DNA of 64,000 bases from Ornithinimicrobium sp. (lineage in GTDB: Bacteria; Actinomycetota; Actinomycetes; Actinomycetales; Dermatophilaceae): NCBI GenBank assembly GCA_049649785.1, contig JBARZG010000103.1, forward strand, positions 2,243-66,242, written 5' to 3'. The notes beneath the pieces were generated by a model that did not search any database, had not been told where the DNA came from, and saw nothing but the letters and a program-made list of their open reading frames with translations. This document shows positions 56,703 to 64,000 of the stretch, piece by piece (position 1 is the first letter of the stretch; the number at the start of each line of letters is the position of its first letter). The position numbers and the translations under genes are program-made.

Positions 56703-59291
56703 GTGCGACTAGTCGGTGAGTGGGTAGTGTCCCAATACCTCATCGACCGTCCACGTCTGATCGCCACCCTCGACTCGGTGCCAGCAGGCGGAACTGCCGT
56801 TCTGGTTGCTCCTCCTGGTAGCGGGAAGTCAGTCCTGGCCAGCCAGTGGGTACGCGGTCAGAACGCCTGCTGGGTCTCGCTGACCGGCCGCCACGACGAC
56901 GCTGTGGGATTGGCCCGAGACCTCGCGGTGGCCTTGCACCGCGTGGACAAAGCGTTCGACGTCGCGGTCGGAGACCTGGCCGTGAACGGGGGGGCACGTC
57001 TTGGTCCCCGGTTTCTCGACGCGCTCGTCAGCGAGATCGCGGAGATGGCGGCTCCTGTGGCTCTGGTCCTAGACGACGCTCACCGGGTCACCAATCCTGC
57101 AGTGCTCGATGACTTCGGCGAACTGCTGGGCCGGCTGCCGAGTAACTGCCGGGCGGTCCTCTCGACCAGGTGGGACTTGCCGGTAGGGGTTGCGCGTCTG
57201 AGGGCGCAGGGGAGGCTTGTCGAGGTCCGGTGGGACGATCTCGCCCTCGACGTGCCGGAGGGACAGTTGATGCTCCAGCAATCGGCTGCGCGTTCCGTCG
57301 ATCCCCAGCACGTCAAGGCGCTCGTCGCCAAGACACAGGGGTGGGCTGCCGGACTCCGGCTCGCGGGGCTCTCTTTGCAAAGGGTCTCCGATCCCGCGGC
57401 CTTCGTGGACGGCTTCGCCGGTGACGATCGGCTCGTCGGGGAGTACCTCACTCAGGAGGTCCTTCGCTCCGTCGATCCCCACGTTCGTTCGTTCCTGCTC
57501 CGCACATCGGTTCTTGAGACGCTGTCGCCCGACCTGTGCGACGCGGTCACGGGACAGGCGGGCTCGCGGGCGGTGCTCGCTGAGTTGGTCGAAAGGTGCA
57601 TTTTCACGACTGAGGTGGAGGGGAGACCGGGCGAGTTCTGCTATCACCACCTCTTTGCTGACCTGCTTCGCTACAACCTACGCCTGGAGGTACCTAATGC
57701 CGAGCGCGACTGCCGTCGCCAAGCAGCCTCCTGGCTGCTCGCCCACGGACAGCATCGTCAAGGCGTCGAGCAACTCATCGCGGCCGATGACCACCCCGAG
57801 GCTTTTGAGATCATCGCAACGCAGGGTCACCTCCTGTTCGAGCGTGGTGAGACCGCGACACTCGTCCGAGGGCTGACCGTTATCCGCGATCGCGAGCGGC
57901 AGCCTACCCCCCGCCTGTTGATTAACCTCATGGCAGGACAAATTGGGGCCGAGCAGTTCGGCGGTGCCGCTCAGAGTTACCGGACGTTGGCGCGCCGCAA
58001 CGACCTCACCTCGGGTGAAAGACTCGCCGCCGACTCGATGGCCACACTCCTCGGCTACGATGACTTAGCCTTGCCCAAAATGAAGCGGCTTGCCCTCGGC
58101 GTCCTCGAGACCCTGCCGCGCATCGATCGGGACTCCGTCCCCGATTTCCTCGGTATCGGGGGGGCAGACTCTTGCGAGGCTTTTGCGGGCTTTTCTGCTG
58201 GACTCGCCGAACTCTATGCGGGGGAAGTCGGGAGCGGCGCGAAGTGGTTCGAGCGCGTTGTCGCGATGCCAGGCTTCGAGTATCCGATCTGGCGGATCGC
58301 CACTCTCGGTGCGCTCGGTTTCACTCGAGCGGTGCTGGGGCAGCTGACGGAGGCCGAGGGGCATGCGAACGCCGCCTTGCAGACCGCACAGGAGGTCGGC
58401 GCTATGGAGCATGTCGACAGCTCCTATGCTCAGCTGGCATCGGCGATCATCCGTCTGGACCGGATGCACCTTGGGCGCGCAGGTATTCACCTTGCTGCGG
58501 CAGCCGACATCCTCCAACGATGTCATCGATCGACGGAAAGCGATTTCCTGCGAATCCTGGACATCCGGCAACTGGCGGCCACCGAGGGGCCCGGTCAGGC
58601 GCTCGAACTATTGCGCAGCAGCCCCCCAAGCGGGCCGCGACGCCCGATCATTTCGAGGAGCTGGAAGGCGCTCGAAGTACAGCTCCTCGTCCGCTGCGAT
58701 GCGAGCGGCCAGGCGCGGGCCGTTCTGGACGCTACGCCGCAGCTCTCGCCGGGTGCCCGGTTCGATGTCCTGTTTGCACAGGGAGATCGAGCGGGTGCGC
58801 GCGCCGCCCTCGCATCCTGGAAACCCGACAGTCAGGACCCACGGTCCGGTCTGCAGCGCGCACTGCGTCTCGCTGCCCTCCAGCACAGCGAAGGCCATCC
58901 TGGCGTTGCCGGGACGACCATCGCCGAGGCTGCCGGCGCCGCCGAGGTCGAGGGGATGCTCACTCCGTTCCTTGAGGTACCGCTTGCGCGGACCATCTTG
59001 CGCTCATCAGCCCCCGCGCGGCCGCTGCATCGAGTCAAGGAACTGTTGTCGACGGCGGCGAGCGACAAGGGTCGAGCCACGGCAAACGAGCAGCTTGTTG
59101 AGCCACTGACCGTGCGAGAAATTGCCGTGCTCGAGTATCTCCCGACCCGTCTGAGCAACTCCGAGATGGCCGATGCACTCTTTATCTCGGTAAACACTCT
59201 CAAAACCCACCTAGGCAGCATCTACCGGAAGCTCGGCATCAACGATCGCAGCGAGGTGGTCCGCCACGCCGCGTCGTTGGGGTTGATCTGA
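56703..59291 (+). CDS. LAL-type (large ATP-binding, MalT-like) LuxR family transcriptional regulator
   Basis: 862 aa. N-terminal P-loop VLVAPPGSGKSVLASQW, a central helical-repeat region, and a C-terminal LuxR HTH (LTVREIAVLEYLPTRLSNSEMADALFISVNTLKTHL). Confidence 0.85.
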   Translation: MRLVGEWVVSQYLIDRPRLIATLDSVPAGGTAVLVAPPGSGKSVLASQWVRGQNACWVSLTGRHDDAVGLARDLAVALHRVDKAFDVAVGDLAVNGGARLGPRFLDALVSEIAEMAAPVALVLDDAHRVTNPAVLDDFGELLGRLPSNCRAVLSTRWDLPVGVARLRAQGRLVEVRWDDLALDVPEGQLMLQQSAARSVDPQHVKALVAKTQGWAAGLRLAGLSLQRVSDPAAFVDGFAGDDRLVGEYLTQEVLRSVDPHVRSFLLRTSVLETLSPDLCDAVTGQAGSRAVLAELVERCIFTTEVEGRPGEFCYHHLFADLLRYNLRLEVPNAERDCRRQAASWLLAHGQHRQGVEQLIAADDHPEAFEIIATQGHLLFERGETATLVRGLTVIRDRERQPTPRLLINLMAGQIGAEQFGGAAQSYRTLARRNDLTSGERLAADSMATLLGYDDLALPKMKRLALGVLETLPRIDRDSVPDFLGIGGADSCEAFAGFSAGLAELYAGEVGSGAKWFERVVAMPGFEYPIWRIATLGALGFTRAVLGQLTEAEGHANAALQTAQEVGAMEHVDSSYAQLASAIIRLDRMHLGRAGIHLAAAADILQRCHRSTESDFLRILDIRQLAATEGPGQALELLRSSPPSGPRRPIISRSWKALEVQLLVRCDASGQARAVLDATPQLSPGARFDVLFAQGDRAGARAALASWKPDSQDPRSGLQRALRLAALQHSEGHPGVAGTTIAEAAGAAEVEGMLTPFLEVPLARTILRSSAPARPLHRVKELLSTAASDKGRATANEQLVEPLTVREIAVLEYLPTRLSNSEMADALFISVNTLKTHLGSIYRKLGINDRSEVVRHAASLGLI

Positions 59292-59721
59292 GAGCTCGAC
59301 CTGAGATTGGGGCGCCGGAGGACACTATCGCTGTCACTATGTTGGTCGCCAGCTCACGACTCAGGCTGATGATCGTCCTCACGATGTCTGGTCCGGGGTT
59401 GGGTCTACAGCCCCTGCCACTGCCTCCCCTCACGAATCGGGTGCCGTCACGATGTCAACATCGCCTTCCTCGGGCCCCAGGTCTCCCGAGGGCGCTAGCG
59501 GCGTCTCAGCGCGTGCCCCCCGGTCCGTATGTCGCGATCGTCGCCGTAGGCGTCGTGGTGCTGGCCTTGCCCGCGCAGCTGCGGTATCACTTCCGACGGC
59601 CGGAGTAGACCAGCACCGACGAGGCGACCGGCATCGCTGAGTCCGCAGAGTAGATCTGCTGTGCAGGTGGAACACGCCGACGCGATCGCCCACCTGGCCG
59701 GCCCTGAGGCGATTGGCCCGA

Positions 59722-60753
59722 TTAGGCAACCGGGTCGCTCACCTCTGCGTCCGCGGCCGACGCTGTCGGCGGCGTGGTGATCCGAGCGCGGAACACCCAG
59801 TAGGACCAGCCTTGGTAGGCCAGGACGACCGGGAAGAGTACTAGCGCCACGATGGTCATCACACCGAGCGCGTAGTCGCCGGAGGCCGTGCTGGCGACGG
59901 TGAGGTTGTTGGCTGCCTTCGTCGAGGACACCATCACGTTTGGGTACAGATTCGCGAACAGCGCAGCCACCGTCCCACCGATGGCGACCGCGGTGGCGGC
60001 GAAGGCGCGTCCTTGGTGCCCGGCGCGGATCAAGCCCGTCGCGAGGAGTGCCGCCGCGACGGGCACGAGGACGGCGAGGATCCGCCACGGTCCTGTCTCC
60101 GAGATGGCCACTGTCCAGACGGCGAATACAACGACACCCACCAGGGCGGGCCAGATCAGCCGCCTGGCCAGGGCACTCGAGCGGTGTCCGACGACGCCGG
60201 CGGTTTTCAGGCTCAGGAAAGTAGCTCCGTGTGCCAGGCACAGCAGCAGCAGGGTCAGGCCTAGCCAGAGCCCGTACGGCGTGAGCAGGTCCCAGAATGA
60301 TCCGGTGAACTCCTCCGATGAGTCGATCGGTAGACCGACGAGGAGGTCACCGAGTGCCAGGCCCAGCAGGAAGGGAGTAACGGCCGATCCGATCGCCAGT
60401 GCCCAGCTCCACATCCCCCGCCAGCCGTCCCGATCGACCCTCGCGCGCCACTCGAAGGAGACCCCACGGATGATCAGGGCAACAAGAACGAGCATCATCG
60501 CGAAGTAGCCGGCCGAGAACCAGGTGGCGTACCACGATGGGAAGGAGGCGAAGATGGCTGCGCCACCGACGACCAGCCATACCTCGTTGCCGTCCCAGAC
60601 CGGACCAATGCTGTTAATCGCGACCCGCCGTTCGGTGTCGGTGCGCCCGACCACCTTGTGCAGCACACCCACCCCGAAGTCAAAGCCCTCAAGGACGAAG
60701 AAGCCGGACCAAAACACGGCCACTATGACGAACCAGAGGACATCGAGACTCAT
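59722..60753 (-). CDS. cydB: cytochrome bd ubiquinol/menaquinol oxidase subunit II
   Basis: 343 aa with a typical CydB N-terminus (LWFVIVAVFWSGFFVLEGFDFGVG). Confidence 0.95.
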   Translation of the reverse strand: MSLDVLWFVIVAVFWSGFFVLEGFDFGVGVLHKVVGRTDTERRVAINSIGPVWDGNEVWLVVGGAAIFASFPSWYATWFSAGYFAMMLVLVALIIRGVSFEWRARVDRDGWRGMWSWALAIGSAVTPFLLGLALGDLLVGLPIDSSEEFTGSFWDLLTPYGLWLGLTLLLLCLAHGATFLSLKTAGVVGHRSSALARRLIWPALVGVVVFAVWTVAISETGPWRILAVLVPVAAALLATGLIRAGHQGRAFAATAVAIGGTVAALFANLYPNVMVSSTKAANNLTVASTASGDYALGVMTIVALVLFPVVLAYQGWSYWVFRARITTPPTASAADAEVSDPVA

Positions 60754-60762
60754 TGGATCACC

Positions 60763-62184
60763 TCAGTACGTCAGCGCCGGCGCACGCGGTCCGGGCTCGT
60801 CGGTGTCGACCAGCGCTTCGGGCTCGTGCGAGCCTTCGTCGAGGCCACGACGGGCGTAACGCAGCATCAGGAAGCCCCAGAGAGCCCCAAGCACCAGATA
60901 GAGCACCACGAAGATGCCAAGACTGAGTGCGACCTCAGTCGCGCTGACTGAAGGTGAGTTGCCGTCTTCGGTGAGGAGAAGGCCCTGAACGACCCAGGGT
61001 TGACGACCGTTCTCGGTCAACAACCACCCGGCCGTGTTCATCGCGAAGGGCGCCAGGAATGCCCAGGTTGCCACAGCCAGAAAGACACGTGACTCCTGCA
61101 GTCGGTTTCTTCGCCATCGCCAGAGTCCCCACACCGCGAAGAGAGGTATGGCGGAGCCCGTGTAGGCCATCACTCGCATCGACCAGTACTGGATCCGGAG
61201 ATTGGGGATGTAGTCGCCCGGGCCGTACGTCTCCTCGTACTGCTCCTGAAGGTCGTTGAGGCCAACGACCTTGCCGTCCACCGTGCTGGTCGCCAGGATC
61301 GACAACAGGTGCGGAATCTCGATGATCTTGGTGGCGGCCTGGTCCTCGCTGGTGAAGCCACCTACCTGAGCGGCTGAGAACGAGCACGGTGAACAGGTGT
61401 CCCACTGGGCCTCCATCGCGGCGACCTTCATGGGTTGGTACTTGGTCTCGATGACACCCAGATGGCTACCGACCATCAGGGTCAGGATGGAGACCGGGAA
61501 GAGGACGATGAGGGCAACCTTGGCGGACCGGACGAATACCTCCGGGTTGCTGCCTCTCCGGATGTGCCAGGCGGATACGGCGAGCATGACGAGGGCGCCG
61601 GTGAGCAGCGAGGCCAGGATGACGTGGCTGTATCCCCACACAAAGACTGGATTGGTGAACAGCGCTGTGATGGAGGTGAGCTTGGCCCGTCCGGTGGTTG
61701 AGTCGATCTCGTAGCCGACCGGGTTCTGCATCCAGGAGTTGGCTGCCATGATGAACGCAGCCGACAGCACGGCTCCGATGGCGACCGCCCAGATCGTCGC
61801 CAGGTGCACCTTCCGAGGCAGGATGTTCCAGCCGAACAGCCACAGACCGAGGAAAGTCGACTCCAGGAAGAAGGCGGCGAGTCCCTCCATCGCCAGCGGG
61901 GCACCGAAGACATCGCCCACATACCGGGAGTACTGGGACCAGTTCATCCCGAACTGGAACTCCTGGACGAGTCCTGTCACCACGCCGATTGCGACGTTGA
62001 TCACGAGCAAGGTCCCGAAGAATCGGGTGAGTTTGCGCATGCCCTCGTCATTCGAGCGATACCACATCGTATGCAGCGTGGCGACCAGGAAGGCCAGCCC
62101 GATAGTGATAGGCACGAAGAGAAAGTGGTAGATCGTGGTCGCGGCGAACTGCAACCTCGACAGGTCGAGCTGGGAGAGGTCCAA
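60763..62184 (-). CDS. cydA: cytochrome bd ubiquinol/menaquinol oxidase subunit I
   Basis: 473 aa. LSRLQFAATTIYHFLFVPITIGL, and Q-loop/heme-ligand regions are present. Confidence 0.95.
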   Translation of the reverse strand: MDLSQLDLSRLQFAATTIYHFLFVPITIGLAFLVATLHTMWYRSNDEGMRKLTRFFGTLLVINVAIGVVTGLVQEFQFGMNWSQYSRYVGDVFGAPLAMEGLAAFFLESTFLGLWLFGWNILPRKVHLATIWAVAIGAVLSAAFIMAANSWMQNPVGYEIDSTTGRAKLTSITALFTNPVFVWGYSHVILASLLTGALVMLAVSAWHIRRGSNPEVFVRSAKVALIVLFPVSILTLMVGSHLGVIETKYQPMKVAAMEAQWDTCSPCSFSAAQVGGFTSEDQAATKIIEIPHLLSILATSTVDGKVVGLNDLQEQYEETYGPGDYIPNLRIQYWSMRVMAYTGSAIPLFAVWGLWRWRRNRLQESRVFLAVATWAFLAPFAMNTAGWLLTENGRQPWVVQGLLLTEDGNSPSVSATEVALSLGIFVVLYLVLGALWGFLMLRYARRGLDEGSHEPEALVDTDEPGPRAPALTY

Positions 62185-62862
62185 GCATGCCTCCGGCGGT
62201 CACATGTGCAAGATCGTGCTCACCAGACTAAAAAGTACCAGCCCTTCGCTGATCACCCTTGCCGGATGGTTCACCGGTGCTGAACATTCTGGGCTGAGAA
62301 CGCCACCTTTATTCGCGTCGGGTCGGCCGCGTGGGTGTAACCGAGGTGTGCCCCTACCAGCGCCGAATGCCGTGCGTCAGCGATCTTGAGAGCGCTCGGA
62401 ATCTGGGTATCCCACGCTTGCCGGTCGTGACCCTCCGCCGATGCCCCAACTGTAGATAGTCCTCCCGCGTGCGGGTGGGGGCGCTCAGCCGCACGTAGCC
62501 GTCCGTGCCGAGCCATACGTCCTGACCGGTTGCATCGCTGGTTCCAACGCTGCAGATCCGGCTGGGGACCCGCGTCATCTGTCGTTGTCCAACCCACCGC
62601 TGACTGGTCCGAGCCCCCGGGTCCGTGACCTGGCGTTGTCCCGAGAACCCGACGTCGATCGGCCATCTTGAGCGATCGCGAGCCCCGACTGAGCCATGGC
62701 TGCTCCGACGGCGACCGGACGCAGCATGTGGACGAACCTGTTGACATACACGAGCAGCAAGATGAGGTCGATAGAAGTACGTGTCCTGCATCGACTCACG
62801 CCGCCTGTTGAATGCCCTTTACCTCGAGAGGGAGGCGTGGTTCGCCACGGTACGGTGAGCCT

Positions 62863-64000
62863 CATGAGCGAACGCGACCAGGTACCTGCCGGCTACAACA
62901 CACCGATTCCGGCGTCGATCATGACCCCGGACAGAGTCAGCACGCGGATTGGCGAACTGACTTTCACGGATGGCTTTCCTACGTCTGAGACGGCAGAGCT
63001 GATCCACGACAACCTCGCCTTCATGCGGGCCGTCCAGGTCTTCCTCAGTTGTATCCCGGCGGCCTCAGTCGAGGCAATGCGCCTGGGGATGCTCGAACTC
63101 GGATGTGAGGCCGCCCACCAGGCAGTCATCGTCGATGAGCTGCTTGACTCTCAGCCGCTCTTCCTCACCGGCAACACCGACACGGTCTATCTTTCCTTCT
63201 TCTTGGACCTTGACCGCGATGGCCCTACCGTTGTTGAGATCCCGCCGGGTTGCGGCCCGGGTACCGTCAACGACGCGTGGTTCCGTTTCGTGGTCGACAT
63301 GGGCGCACCGGGGCCCGATCGCGGCGCCGGCGGAAAGTATCTGATCGTTCCGAGAGGGTACGAGGGTGAGGTCCCCGAGGGCTACTTCGTGGCCGAATCG
63401 CCCTCCCATAGCAACTGGGTGATCCTGCGCGGATTCCTGGTCGACGGCAAACCGGACGCAGCCGCTGAGATGTTCAGGGAGGGCGTCAGGGCCTACCCAC
63501 TATCTGCGGCAGACGATCCGCCACAGATGGAGTTCATCTCCGGCAGCAAGCGGTCATTCAACACGATCCATGCCAACGATGAGCACTTCTACGAGGAGTT
63601 GGCGACGGCGATCCATCGTGAGCCGATTGATCTGATCGATCCGGAAACCCGAGGGCTCTTGGCCTCCATCGGCATCCACAAGGACAAGCCCTTCGAGCCT
63701 GACGCTCGGATGCAGGAGACACTCATCGAGGCAGCCGCAGTCGGCAACGCATCGGCGCGGACGATCGTCTTCAAGACCCGCGACCCTCGCACGTTCATCT
63801 ACCCGGACCGGACGTGGAAAACCGGTTTCCTCGGCGACGACTACCGCTGGCTGAATGGGGACGGGCGCGGCGGGCGCGAGCTTGACGCACGCACTCTCTT
63901 CTTCTACTTCGCCACGGTTAACACGCCGGCGATGGCTCTGAAGATGGTCGGCGTAGGTTCGCAGTACGCGTATACCGAGACCGACGCCGACGGTGAGTAC
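62863..64000 (+). CDS. DUF1254/DUF1214 domain protein (3'-partial, runs off the window)
   Basis: ATG at 62863. The frame is open to the window end, so it is absent from the ORF track. MSERDQVPAGYNTPIPASIMTPDRV...FLTGNTDTVYLSFFLDLDRDGPTVVEIPPG...KYLIVPRGYEGEVPEGY. Confidence 0.8.

Noticed and set aside
62271-62865. ORFs 62271..62747, 62354..62791 and 62575..62865 upstream of cydA as genes
   Set aside because: These are mutually overlapping frames with low-complexity R/G/S-rich translations, and I recognised no motif. I treat the region as unassigned, possibly regulatory or decayed.

Overview
This is a GC-rich chromosomal segment with gene content and order typical of Actinomycetota. I found no rRNA, tRNA, IS element, prophage or CRISPR/cas. 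Most long R/P/G-rich ORFs in the track are off-frame or antisense shadows of real genes.

Layout:
- 1-14.7 kb: a conserved respiratory-cofactor backbone. It holds heme genes (hemD', hemB, hemL), System II cytochrome c maturation (resA-like, ccdA, resB, ccsB) and menaquinone genes (menA, menE, menB, menC). A MazEF-type toxin-antitoxin pair sits inside it.
- 14.7-39.5 kb: orphan amt, csp, DUF3027, MarR/MFS, GGT, pdxH, ideR, two promoter + cyclic-di-AMP (ydaO-class) riboswitch + NlpC/P60 cassettes, a CNNM pair, a crcB pair, an SbcCD-like nuclease/ATPase pair, an SQR-like oxidoreductase and a GH13 enzyme.
- 39.5-47.9 kb: an envelope glycan-decoration locus. It holds rmlB, rmlA, a Wzx-like flippase and a five-gene translationally coupled operon: GT-C, ArnC/GtrB-like GT2, sulfotransferase, WecE-like aminotransferase, methyltransferase.
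- 47.9-64 kb: lldD/MftD-like oxidase, orphan EEP nuclease, NarL-type two-component system, DUF6326, MFS, LLM oxidoreductase, LAL-type LuxR regulator, cydAB and a DUF1254/DUF1214 protein.

Best hunting leads:
1. The Arn/Gtr-like amino-sugar decoration locus with an embedded sulfotransferase.
2. A strictly 32-bp-periodic repeat array with inverted arms that fills a convergent intergenic region (17600-17847).
3. Two relays of stop/start-overlapping mini-ORFs (ccdA->resB, and the LLM leader).
4. An SbcC-like ATPase with no zinc hook and a 4 x 33-bp in-frame repeat.
5. A 29-bp-arm palindrome at 49108-49175.

All functional calls come from my own reading of the translated sequences. No database search was run.
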